A DNA stretch of 35,707 bases from an uncultured Rikenellaceae bacterium (GTDB lineage Bacteria > Bacteroidota > Bacteroidia > Bacteroidales > VadinHA17), in the NCBI GenBank assembly GCA_964457185.1, contig CAYWEQ010000006.1, positions 1-35,707 of the forward strand, written 5' to 3'. The position numbers were made by a program, and so were the translations under genes. A model generated the notes under the pieces. That model saw only the letters and a program-made list of their open reading frames with translations, had not been told where the DNA came from and did not search any database. This document shows positions 7,934 to 17,480 of this stretch, one piece after another. Numbering within the stretch: the stretch's first letter is position 1; each line of letters opens with the position of its first letter.

Positions 7934-8869
7934 ATGGAAAATAATTATGCCGTCAGAACTAATGATTTAACCAAAAAGTTTGGCAACAGGATTGCCGTTG
8001 ACGCTCTTAATATTGAAATCAGGCAAGGTGATATCTTTTCACTTCTCGGAACAAACGGGGCCGGAAAAACAACTACAATCAAAATGCTGTGCTGCCTGCT
8101 GATACCCACCTCAGGGTCTGCAACGGTAATGGGAAATGAGATCGGCAAAAATCCCGTTAAAATAAAGGAAATAATTGGCGTATCGCCACAGGAGACTGCA
8201 GTTGCGCTTCATCTCACAACCCGGGAAAATCTTCTTTTGATGGGAGGAGTTTTTGGCCTGAACAGAGATCTTACGGGTAAAAGAGCAAAAGACCTTATGC
8301 AGTTAATGGAACTGGAAGACAGGAAAGACCAGGTACGTAAACTCTCAGGCGGTATGCAGAGAAGGTTAAGCATTGCAATGGCCCTTATGTCTGATCCTCA
8401 GATTTTATTTCTTGATGAACCAACCCTGGGACTTGATCCTCATGCCAGAAAATCAGTCTGGAATTACATAGAAAAACTTAAAAGGGAAAAAACTATTCTG
8501 CTTACAACACACTATCTTGAGGAAGCAGATGCACTTGCTGACAACATTGCCATAATGGACCAGGCAAAAATAATTGCTCTGGGCACTTCATCTGAACTGA
8601 AAAACAAATACAGTACTGTTCGAACTCTTAAAATCTCAGCAGATAATATTTCAGTTGAAATTTTTAATAATGTAAAAAATCCGGATTGGGAAGTGATCAA
8701 AACAATAAGCGGAGTGGAAATAAAAGCTGCTGAAATAGATTTTAATATGATCATCGATCTGCTGCGGTCAAAAGATATCAGGATCAAGGGTATACAATTT
8801 CTGGAACCTACGCTGAATGATGTTTTTCTTCGCCTGACCGGAAAGGAGGTTATAAATGAAACTGTTTAG
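7934..8869 (+). CDS. ABC transporter ATP-binding protein (DrrA-like, ABC-2 exporter type)
   Basis: Walker A GTNGAGKTT, signature LSGGMQRRL, Walker B ILFLDEPTLGLD and H-loop TTHYLEE. It overlaps the downstream permease gene by 14 nt. Confidence 0.9.
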   Translation: MENNYAVRTNDLTKKFGNRIAVDALNIEIRQGDIFSLLGTNGAGKTTTIKMLCCLLIPTSGSATVMGNEIGKNPVKIKEIIGVSPQETAVALHLTTRENLLLMGGVFGLNRDLTGKRAKDLMQLMELEDRKDQVRKLSGGMQRRLSIAMALMSDPQILFLDEPTLGLDPHARKSVWNYIEKLKREKTILLTTHYLEEADALADNIAIMDQAKIIALGTSSELKNKYSTVRTLKISADNISVEIFNNVKNPDWEVIKTISGVEIKAAEIDFNMIIDLLRSKDIRIKGIQFLEPTLNDVFLRLTGKEVINETV

Positions 8870-9584
8870 CCTCGCAACCCGAAACCTGAAAGAAGTTTAC
8901 CGTGATCCTGCTTCAATAATCCTGGGTCTGGCACTCCCGGTTACTCTGCTTATACTCTTCTCATCCATCTATAAAAGAGTGCAACTTCCCATGTTCTCTC
9001 CGCAATGGATGACTCCCGGTGTTATCGTCTTCAGTTATGCCTTCCTGATAATGTTTTTATCCGTATTGCTGACCAGGGACAGGGAAAGCTCCTTTCTGAC
9101 CCGCCTTTTTACCACACCGCTCTCCCCTTCTGATTTTATTATTGCTTATCTGATACCATTTATACCTCTTGCTCTCGTTCAGACAGTCATCTGCCTGATT
9201 GCAGGAGCCATAATGGGAGCAAGTTTTGTCAATATCTTTCTTTCTCTCGTAATCTTCTTTCTTGTCTTTATGATATGTGCCAGCACAGGAATGATTATGG
9301 GAGCTCTTTTATCAATTACCCAGGTTACCGCATTTGGTTCTGTGCTTGTTACAGCCATCGGGCTTTTTTGCGGAGCATGGACTCCTTTGAAAGAAATGGG
9401 CGGTATCTTTGAAACGGTGGGCTATGCTCTTCCTTTTGCCCATGCTGTCGATGCGTTAAAATATTTATTGTCAGGAGCTTCTTTTTCAGATGTACTGATT
9501 AATTTTTACTGGGTACTGGTTTATTCTATAATATTGGTTCTGTTTGCAATTTTATCATTCAGATGGAAGATGAAGCAGAGATAA
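8856..9584 (+). CDS. ABC-2 type transporter permease
   Basis: 242 aa with about six hydrophobic helices. It is translationally coupled to the DrrA-like ATPase. The size and topology are typical of ABC-2 permeases. Confidence 0.75.
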   Translation: MKLFSLATRNLKEVYRDPASIILGLALPVTLLILFSSIYKRVQLPMFSPQWMTPGVIVFSYAFLIMFLSVLLTRDRESSFLTRLFTTPLSPSDFIIAYLIPFIPLALVQTVICLIAGAIMGASFVNIFLSLVIFFLVFMICASTGMIMGALLSITQVTAFGSVLVTAIGLFCGAWTPLKEMGGIFETVGYALPFAHAVDALKYLLSGASFSDVLINFYWVLVYSIILVLFAILSFRWKMKQR

Positions 9585-9617
9585 GACAACAGGTAAAATG
9601 TATCTCAAAAAGTAACC

Positions 9618-10829
9618 ATGGCTGAAAACCTGAATGACCTGACTACAGAAGAATTAGGGAAACTTTTTCCGATAATTATTGCTGAGTACCAGCCTGAATG
9701 GGAAAAGCTCTATCGCCTTGAAGAACAATTGATCCGGGGAACAATCGGGAATAACAACATAAACACTATTGAACACATTGGCAGTACAGCAGTGCCGGGA
9801 TTACCGGCAAAACCTACTATAGATATCCTTATCGGGATTTTCAACGAATCCAGTATAGATTTATTAATCAATAATCTGAAGAAAATCGGATATCAGCTTA
9901 TCCCTAAACCTGAGAACCCTCCTCCTCATATGATGTTCGCAAAGGGCTATACGAAAGAAGGAGTAAAAGGACAAACCTTCCATATTCATATCAGATATCC
10001 GGGAGATTGGGATGAACCGGTTTTTCGGGATTATCTTATCAGGAATCCTGAAAAAGCAATGGAATATGGCAACCTGAAAATGGATCTGGCAGATAAATAC
10101 AGGAATGACCGGGAAAAATACACAGATAATAAGACCGATTTTATAAAAAAAACAATGAAAGAGGCAAGAAACAGTAAAACAGCAGTTGTTTTCGGATCAA
10201 CAGGCCTGGTTGGCAAAGAACTGGTCAATGAGTTGCTTGGGCAAAGTGAATTTGTTAAAGTAAAAGCCGTAGCAAGGAGAGATCTTACGGTTTCACATCC
10301 TAAGCTGGAAATAGTCCATCTGGCGGATTATGCAAAATTGATGGAACTTAAAGATAAGTGTTATGCAGACACTTATTTTTGCTGTATCGGCACCACAATT
10401 AAGATTGCCGGAACAAAAGAAAAATTCCGACAGACAGATCTTGATATCCCTGTTCAAATAGCACAGTTAGCTGAATCATTATTAATCCCCTCTATGGTGG
10501 TGATTTCATCAATAGGAGCCAGCGATCACTCATCCAACTTTTACCTCAGGGCCAAGGGGGAAATGGAAAAATCGGTAAGAGAGTCTTATTCAGGCAATCT
10601 TAAGATTGTCCGTCCCTCGCTGCTGATGGGGAACAGGGATGATGTACGCTTCGGCGAAAAAGCTGCAACAAAATTTATGAATATTTTCGGATGGATGTTT
10701 GCCGGCCCTTTAAAAAAATATAAGGGCATCCGGGCGCGAGATCTAGCCAGGGCTATGATAAAAACCACCCGTTTCCCTGCGGAAAAAATAATCTTTGAAT
10801 CTGAAGAATTGCAGGATATAGTCAGGTGA
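9618..10829 (+). CDS. Fusion of a GrpB-family nucleotidyltransferase-fold domain with an NAD(P)H-binding (HTATIP2/YraR-like atypical SDR) domain
   Basis: The N-terminal ~180 aa carries GrpB motifs: IEHIGSTAVPGLPAKPTIDILI, HIHIRYPGDWDE and FRDYLIRNPE. The C-terminal ~215 aa starts with the Rossmann motif VVFGSTGLVGKELV (nt 10194-10214 encode GSTGLVG). There is no stop between the two halves. Confidence 0.7.
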   Translation: MAENLNDLTTEELGKLFPIIIAEYQPEWEKLYRLEEQLIRGTIGNNNINTIEHIGSTAVPGLPAKPTIDILIGIFNESSIDLLINNLKKIGYQLIPKPENPPPHMMFAKGYTKEGVKGQTFHIHIRYPGDWDEPVFRDYLIRNPEKAMEYGNLKMDLADKYRNDREKYTDNKTDFIKKTMKEARNSKTAVVFGSTGLVGKELVNELLGQSEFVKVKAVARRDLTVSHPKLEIVHLADYAKLMELKDKCYADTYFCCIGTTIKIAGTKEKFRQTDLDIPVQIAQLAESLLIPSMVVISSIGASDHSSNFYLRAKGEMEKSVRESYSGNLKIVRPSLLMGNRDDVRFGEKAATKFMNIFGWMFAGPLKKYKGIRARDLARAMIKTTRFPAEKIIFESEELQDIVR

Positions 10830-10932
10830 TGCTAATCTATTCAGGGATTTTTTAGCGATATTTGAATATGCTATTCATAATAACGCAGCTTTGAGGTTAA
10901 GATTCTTATTATCAATCATTAATATTTTAAAG

Positions 10933-12399
10933 ATGAAAAGGCTTAATATTTACATTAAGATCTCTTTATTACTGGCTGTAATCATCGTGGTAATTTCATG
11001 TGCAATTAATCCTGTAACGGGCAAGACCCAGATCATGCTGATGTCTGAAGCTCAGGAACTCGCGCTTGGCAGCCAGTACGATCCACAGGTAGTGGCAACC
11101 TTTGGTGAATATAAAAGCGATGCTTTGCTTTCGTTCATTAAAACGAAAACCGTGGAGATGGGTAAAATCTCACACCGTCCCACGCTTGAATACCATATAA
11201 AAATTCTTGATTCACCTGTAGTCAATGCATTTGCTGTACCGGGAGGTTACATATACCTTACACGTGGTATTCTGGCTCAGCTTAATAACGAAGCAGAACT
11301 GGCTGGTGTTATCGCCCATGAGATGGGGCATATAACTGCACGCCATTCTGCCAGTCAGCAGACTAAGCAGCAGTTGGGACAACTGGTCCTTATAGGTACC
11401 ATGATCGCTTCAGAAAGACTTGCACAGTATGCACAAAACGCAATGCAGGGTATGCAATTGCTGTTCCTCAAATTTAGCCGTGATGATGAGCGTGAAGCTG
11501 ACCGTCTGGGAGTCAGGTATTCTTCATTGATCGGTTATGATGCCCATAAAATGGCTGATTTCTTCCAGGTTCTGAACAAAATGAGCATGGCTGAAAATAT
11601 AGGAGGTGTCCCCACTTTCCTTTCTACACACCCTGACCCCGGGGACCGCTATAACACTGTAAACCAGCTGGCAACATGGTGGCAGGATAGCCTTAAGCTG
11701 CCTTCATACAAGGTCAATGGTGACAACTACCTTCAGATGATTGATGGCATAGTCTATGGCGAAGATCCCAGACAGGGTTATGCGGAAGGAAATATATTCT
11801 ATCATCCTACACTTAAATTTAAATTCGCCTTCCCCACCGGTTGGACCATGGAAAACACTCCTGCCCAGATTAACATAGCTCCGGCAGATCAGAAAGCACT
11901 GATGATCTTTACAATGGCAAATGAGAAAGTACTGCAGGCAGCTGCAGATTCAACCTTAAAACGGATTGGACTGACACTTGTGGAAAGCAAACAGGTAACG
12001 GTAAACAGTCTTCCGTCATTGGCAGCAGTATCAAAACAAGTAGCGCAGGATCAGTCTACAGGTGCACAATCCACAAACATGGTTCTGTCATATTTTATTG
12101 AATACGGAGGACTTATCTATGTATTTCATGGTGTATCCGCAGAAGCTGATTTCGCAACATATATGAGTACATTTGAATCATCCATGAAAACCTTCTCAAT
12201 CCTGACGGATGTTTCAAAAATAAATGTAAAACCCAGGAAGGTGCTTATCAGGAAAGTTTACAGCACAGGTACTGTTTCCGGTGCTTTAGCCTACTATGGT
12301 GTAAAACAGGAGCAACTGGCAGAAATAGCACTGCTTAACAACCTTGAGCTGACTGCGCAGGTACCTGCCGGAAAACTGATAAAGGTTATCGGAGAATGA
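10933..12399 (+). CDS. M48-family zinc metalloprotease lipoprotein
   Basis: HExxH motif in VIAHEMGHITARH, a downstream EREADRLG motif and lipobox VISC after MKRLNIYIKISLLLAVIIV. I prefer the ATG at 10933 over the TTG at 10891 used by the ORF track. Confidence 0.85.
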   Translation: MKRLNIYIKISLLLAVIIVVISCAINPVTGKTQIMLMSEAQELALGSQYDPQVVATFGEYKSDALLSFIKTKTVEMGKISHRPTLEYHIKILDSPVVNAFAVPGGYIYLTRGILAQLNNEAELAGVIAHEMGHITARHSASQQTKQQLGQLVLIGTMIASERLAQYAQNAMQGMQLLFLKFSRDDEREADRLGVRYSSLIGYDAHKMADFFQVLNKMSMAENIGGVPTFLSTHPDPGDRYNTVNQLATWWQDSLKLPSYKVNGDNYLQMIDGIVYGEDPRQGYAEGNIFYHPTLKFKFAFPTGWTMENTPAQINIAPADQKALMIFTMANEKVLQAAADSTLKRIGLTLVESKQVTVNSLPSLAAVSKQVAQDQSTGAQSTNMVLSYFIEYGGLIYVFHGVSAEADFATYMSTFESSMKTFSILTDVSKINVKPRKVLIRKVYSTGTVSGALAYYGVKQEQLAEIALLNNLELTAQVPAGKLIKVIGE

Positions 12400-12441
12400 C
12401 TGTACTGGTGAAAAATGAAATAGGAAACAGCAACTCTATTT

Positions 12442-14424
12442 TCAATATCTCAGTCCAAAGCCAAACGGGAAAAGTGGATTTTCTGAGTCATAAGGAAGAT
12501 CCTCTTTCTGTTTTCTGACAGCATCCATTGATGAAGGCAGCTCAAACGGCAATTTCCCCGACGGAGACATTTTCCCGAAGATGATATCCAGCAAGGCCTC
12601 ATCATTGGCTCCGAAATTTGCCAGCAAGCCCTTTGATGCAGCCGCTATCTCCGGAATCACTGCAGGCCTGTCAAGATATATATCAACAATGGATGGAACG
12701 GCATTAACGACTTTCAGGATCTCTGCCAGTTCTTTTTCCTTGAAATCAAGATCACCTGAAGCGAATAACCTGCCCAGAGGACCTGCTCCTTCGAGAGGCT
12801 GTGAGGGGGCTTTCAATCGCAATATTGCATAATCAGCATCCTCAGGCTTTTCAACAACAGCCGCATATTTACCTGCTACCTGCGGATCAATATTTTCAAG
12901 ATAGACCTTTATGCCTGTTTTCAGCGGCAACGTGTTACCTGTAGCCTGCGCGTCATTCTTAAGCAGTACAATCGATTTTCGCTGTGCCAGCTCACCTGCA
13001 GCTTTAAACTCCGGATTTCCCACGGTTTTTGCAGCATGATCGGGATCAACAAAAGGATTATCAAAGAGCCCCAGGGCAAATTTCTGCCTCAGAAGCCTTT
13101 TGACGGAAACATCAAGCCGCTCTTCACTTACTTTTCCTTCTTTTACCAGCTTTACAAGCATTTCAGACAATTGTTCCCCCCCAAACTGGTCGCATCCGGC
13201 ATCTATGACTTTCAGCATTCTTTCTTCTTCAGTAGCATTCTCCATTCCTCTTGCTCTTGCATGCAGTATAGTAAAGCCGAGGACTTTGTTATCGGTAAGC
13301 AGACCCCAGTCAGTACAGACCACCCCTTCGTACCCGTATTTATCTCGCAGCAGGCCGCTGATCATATCCTTATTAAAGCTGAAGCCCACATTTTCACCTG
13401 ACTGATCCACCGGAATCCCGTAATAGGGCATTATTGATGCGGTTCCGGCTGCGAACGCTGCCTCAAAGGGTATCAGGTGATAATTAAAATTATTACCCGG
13501 ATAGATCTGTCCTTTTGCTATAGAAAAATGAGGATCTATTCCTTCTTTCTGGGGACCTCCCCCCGAGAAATGCTTGGTCATGCAGCCAACGCTTGTCATG
13601 CCAAGGCTGTCACCCTGATACCCTTTCACATAAGCATAAGTAAGTTTAGCAGCAAGATCGGCATCCTCTCCAAATGTCCCGTTGATACGGCCCCACCTTG
13701 GTTCTGTAGCCAGATCAGCCATAGGATGAAGTGCAATCCTTATTCCTACAGCTGTATATTCCTGCCTGGATATATCAGCAAACTGCCATGTCAGTAAAGA
13801 ATCACCAATTGCTGCCAATCCGAGTGGCTCCGGCCAGAGGGAAAATGATCCGGCGAAAGCACCTGTCAGTATATTTTGACTGAAGTGGTTACGCGGATCC
13901 GAAGCAATTGAAACAGGGATACCAAGCCTGGTCCTTTCTGCCAGTTTCTGAAGGTTATTGTACCATATTGCCATCTCTTTACTGGTTGTACCGAAGAATA
14001 TATTATAATGATTTATATTCTTTCCAAAAAGCATGGAGGAGGTACCCGGACTCATCAGTGAGAAAATATCACTCAGCGAAGGCTTTTCAGAAATGGAGCC
14101 GTCTTTCATCATGCTTATGGGCGGAATGAACATCAATCCTGCCTTCTCTTCAAGGTTCATTTGCGACAGCAGGTCATTCACCCTGTTCTCCTGAGGCTGC
14201 CTCAAATCCTCATAAATATCAAGATTCCCGTTCTTATTCAGATCACGGAATGAAAATCCGTCAATAGTAAGTGTCTGAACTGCAGGACCTGCCAACGCCA
14301 TATATTTCTTTGAATTACTGTTACCCTTAACAGACATCCAAAGTAATGAAACAAGTACCAGCACCAGGATCAATCCTATAAGAGATCCAAATGTGTAAAG
14401 CAGAATTTTAAAGAATTTCTTCAT
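12442..14424 (-). CDS. Glycoside hydrolase family 3 (beta-glucosidase-like), N-terminally membrane-anchored
   Basis: 660 aa. GH3 motifs are present: SDPRN, MTKHFSGGGPQKEG (KHF) and GVVCTDWG (nucleophile Asp context). A C-terminal alpha/beta sandwich domain follows. The N-terminus has a single hydrophobic anchor. Confidence 0.85.
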   Translation of the reverse strand: MKKFFKILLYTFGSLIGLILVLVLVSLLWMSVKGNSNSKKYMALAGPAVQTLTIDGFSFRDLNKNGNLDIYEDLRQPQENRVNDLLSQMNLEEKAGLMFIPPISMMKDGSISEKPSLSDIFSLMSPGTSSMLFGKNINHYNIFFGTTSKEMAIWYNNLQKLAERTRLGIPVSIASDPRNHFSQNILTGAFAGSFSLWPEPLGLAAIGDSLLTWQFADISRQEYTAVGIRIALHPMADLATEPRWGRINGTFGEDADLAAKLTYAYVKGYQGDSLGMTSVGCMTKHFSGGGPQKEGIDPHFSIAKGQIYPGNNFNYHLIPFEAAFAAGTASIMPYYGIPVDQSGENVGFSFNKDMISGLLRDKYGYEGVVCTDWGLLTDNKVLGFTILHARARGMENATEEERMLKVIDAGCDQFGGEQLSEMLVKLVKEGKVSEERLDVSVKRLLRQKFALGLFDNPFVDPDHAAKTVGNPEFKAAGELAQRKSIVLLKNDAQATGNTLPLKTGIKVYLENIDPQVAGKYAAVVEKPEDADYAILRLKAPSQPLEGAGPLGRLFASGDLDFKEKELAEILKVVNAVPSIVDIYLDRPAVIPEIAAASKGLLANFGANDEALLDIIFGKMSPSGKLPFELPSSMDAVRKQKEDLPYDSENPLFPFGFGLRY

Positions 14425-14462
14425 GATAAGAATATTTTCAGGATTAGAATTTTAATTTCTTA

Positions 14463-15308
14463 CTATTTGCAGGCCATTACTCCCCTGAAATAACCGATTG
14501 ATTCTGCAATACCGGCAAGAGGGTCCTTCATATCTTTTTCAAATTCGAGACTGCATTTGCCATTATAATTAATTTTCCTTAAGGCGCCCACTACTTTCGG
14601 AATATCTATAATTCCTCTTCCCATTTCAACAGTTTTACCCTCCCTGGAAGCTTTATCGACATCTTTGATATGGAGATCGTAAATGCGGCTTTTATAACTG
14701 AGAATGTCGGCTGCAGGATCCTGGCCGTCGCGTATAGTATGACCTATATCTAAGCAGAAGCCTATTCTTGGATCAAGATCCTTTACATGGTTCCAGATAT
14801 CAGTTGCATTGGGAAAGAGAGGATTATCAGGGCCATGGTTATGAATTGCCAGGCGGAAATCATATTCCCTGATTTTCTTTTCAACATACGGGAGAAGCTC
14901 AACATCAGGAGCCCCTACAATCATTTTAACCCCGGCCATCCTTGCATATTCAAAAGCCTGATCTACAGATTCCTGTGTTCGCATATAGATCACTCCCACT
15001 GTATAAACAGTAATCCCTGCATTTTTAAATTTCCCGATAATCTCATTAATCTGTTCCTGGGTGCTGTTAAGCGGCATGTGAAAATCCTTAAGAGAAAGGT
15101 AAGAGACTCCTGCCCTTTTCATAATTTCGATAGTCTGCCCCACATTTAACTGCAAAAAGGTATAACCGGCCATCCCTAATGAAAACAAATCCGGCCCGGC
15201 TGTTTTTTTGCCAGGACCTGATATAACAGAGGATCCATAAACTGAGGCAGCCCCGGCAGCAAGTATCCCTGTACCGGTCACCTTTAAAAACTGACGACGT
15301 GATTTCAT
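14463..15308 (-). CDS. Sugar phosphate isomerase/epimerase (xylose-isomerase-like TIM barrel), TAT-exported
   Basis: Twin-arginine signal MKSRRQFLKVTGTGILAAGAAS. TIM-barrel family motifs are LAIHNHG, GFCLDIGH, LHIKD and SLEFE. Confidence 0.8.
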   Translation of the reverse strand: MKSRRQFLKVTGTGILAAGAASVYGSSVISGPGKKTAGPDLFSLGMAGYTFLQLNVGQTIEIMKRAGVSYLSLKDFHMPLNSTQEQINEIIGKFKNAGITVYTVGVIYMRTQESVDQAFEYARMAGVKMIVGAPDVELLPYVEKKIREYDFRLAIHNHGPDNPLFPNATDIWNHVKDLDPRIGFCLDIGHTIRDGQDPAADILSYKSRIYDLHIKDVDKASREGKTVEMGRGIIDIPKVVGALRKINYNGKCSLEFEKDMKDPLAGIAESIGYFRGVMACK

Positions 15309-15312
15309 ATTT

Positions 15313-17244
15313 TTATTTTTTAATAATCAGATCATTTTCAATCATCCTGGAATTATATGACTGAATAACAGCTTTTAGCTTTTCCTCCATCGCGGAGGCA
15401 AGTTCAGGCTCCTTATCCAGTACATCGTTCTGAAGTAATCTGTCAAGTTTAAGATTATACAATCCTGCTGGTTTATTATCTATCATTTCAAGAATATGAT
15501 CCTTCATATAAAAGTGGTATGTACTGCCGTTCGTATTGAAAGCAAACGATTCGTATGAATCATCAAACAGGTCATTGCCGAAAGCAATAAATTCCTCATC
15601 ATAATCAAGGTAATTAAGTACAGTCGGCATAATATCAATCTGCTGGGCTATCCTGTTCTTCATTCCTTTTAATGTACTTCCGGGCTTATAGAAGATTATC
15701 GGTATGCTGTACACACCAAAATCATTCTGATATTCCTTATGTATTGATTCGTTTGTATGATCTGCTGTAATTATAAAAAGAGTATTATTAAACCATGGGG
15801 CATCGGAGATTCTGTCAAACAACTGTTTCAGGGCATAATCGGTATAACCAACCACTTCAACGATCGGGGCCGGACCTTTTTTGAATTTATTCCTGTATTT
15901 TTCAGGCACTTCAAAAGGGTGATGGGAAGAAACCGAAAAAATTGAAGCCAGGAATGGTTCCGGGAAACTGTTCAGCTTCTCAGCAAAGAACATGAAAAAG
16001 GGTTCATCCCAGACACCCCACATACCGTCAAAATCATCCTTTTCAGGATATTGATCCAACCCGGCATAGTCGTTAAATCCTGCCATCCTGGCGAATGAAT
16101 CAAATCCCATCGATCCGTTTGGGGCACCATGGAAAAGAGTAGTATAATAACCTTTTTCCCTGAGCAATGAAGCAAGGCCATTGATCTGATTATTAGCGTA
16201 ATGAGATATGATATAAGGTGTTTCAAGAGATGGCAGCGATGCCAGAATTGAAGGCATGGCGTCAATTGATTTTCTCCCGTTGCAGAGAGAAACCTCAAAA
16301 GTCAGGCTCTCCTTTAGCAGTGAATCGATGAAAGGTGTATAACCTGAATAGGTCCCTCCCTCCAGGTCACTGTTAAGCGAACCTATATATTCGCGGGCAA
16401 AACTTTCGAGTATAATCACAACAACATTCTCTTTTTTGAATGGTTTCTCCCCTGAAGGGATATAGTGCGGATCGTACAGCACATCAAGCTTTTCCCTGTC
16501 ATAAAAATCATACCTTACCAGCGCTTTTTTGCCCGAAGTTCTTAACAGGCTGAACGGAGTATTAAGTACTATTGCTACATTCCTTGGATTTTCAACAAAA
16601 CGTGCTGCATTGCTGATTGTTATCGGACGTGTCGAGTGCTTGTAACCTCCTCTTACGCCTCCAATTGCAAGCGCAGCAACCAGTGGAATTGCCAGTACAT
16701 TTAAGGTATAATAGGCTATCCTGTTTGATGGTTCAGGTTTTATGACCTTTACCTTATTATACAGGTAAATCATCAGGAACCAGATGAGGATACAGAAAAG
16801 GGTGACCTGCCAGTAATCAATCAGGAACCTGAAAAAGAGATTGATCAGGTTCGTTTCATTTTCAAATGTTTTGAATACGTCTGCAGTAGCACGTTTATTG
16901 ACGAATCTGAAATAAACAAAATCGGCAGAGTTTACCGCAAATGCCAGTCCGTTGGTAATGAAAAAAAGGTATTTCATTACTTTCTGATAGATATCATTAT
17001 ATCTTATATCGAATGGAATGACATGCAGCAGTATAAAAAGACTGTTTATATATATTACTGCAGATATATCGAAAAGCAGGCCGCCTTTCATTATAGAAAA
17101 AAATTCGCCGGGTGTTACTCCCGGGAACATCTTAAAGTTGAAGAGATAAAAGCCGATACGGCTGAGGGAAAACAGGAATAATACAAGCAATATCCTGTAT
17201 ATAAAAACAACAAGAGTATTTCTGGAAAATAGCCAGTTCTTCAT
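15313..17244 (-). CDS. LTA-synthase / phosphoglycerol-transferase (MdoB/OpgB-like) family sulfatase-fold membrane protein
   Basis: 643 aa. About five N-terminal TM helices precede an alkaline-phosphatase-superfamily domain (VVVIILESF, FIITADHTNES, SSHHPF). It ends 4 nt before the TIM-barrel gene. Confidence 0.8.
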   Translation of the reverse strand: MKNWLFSRNTLVVFIYRILLVLFLFSLSRIGFYLFNFKMFPGVTPGEFFSIMKGGLLFDISAVIYINSLFILLHVIPFDIRYNDIYQKVMKYLFFITNGLAFAVNSADFVYFRFVNKRATADVFKTFENETNLINLFFRFLIDYWQVTLFCILIWFLMIYLYNKVKVIKPEPSNRIAYYTLNVLAIPLVAALAIGGVRGGYKHSTRPITISNAARFVENPRNVAIVLNTPFSLLRTSGKKALVRYDFYDREKLDVLYDPHYIPSGEKPFKKENVVVIILESFAREYIGSLNSDLEGGTYSGYTPFIDSLLKESLTFEVSLCNGRKSIDAMPSILASLPSLETPYIISHYANNQINGLASLLREKGYYTTLFHGAPNGSMGFDSFARMAGFNDYAGLDQYPEKDDFDGMWGVWDEPFFMFFAEKLNSFPEPFLASIFSVSSHHPFEVPEKYRNKFKKGPAPIVEVVGYTDYALKQLFDRISDAPWFNNTLFIITADHTNESIHKEYQNDFGVYSIPIIFYKPGSTLKGMKNRIAQQIDIMPTVLNYLDYDEEFIAFGNDLFDDSYESFAFNTNGSTYHFYMKDHILEMIDNKPAGLYNLKLDRLLQNDVLDKEPELASAMEEKLKAVIQSYNSRMIENDLIIKK

Positions 17245-17480
17245 TGCCGGCTGATAATTATCATAACTTATACCTTATCCCGGTCAGATCATTGCTTTCC
17301 GTGATAAGTGCATAAATGTATAAAAACTATTCTTCGCTGGCAAGACTGATGTTTTTAATCCAGAGGATCACATTCGTGGCTTGTGGCTGTGCCATAGGCA
17401 TGTATGCCCCTCCTGAAGGAGTACCTCATATCAGACAATACTTTTATTCATTTATTCCATAATTTTTTTATGAAATCATG

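Noticed and set aside
10891-10932. N-terminal extension of the M48 protease from a TTG start (MRLRFLLSIINILK...).
   Set aside because: The ATG at 10933 gives a clean lipoprotein signal peptide (MKRLNIYIKISLLLAVIIVVISC). The TTG extension would bury it.
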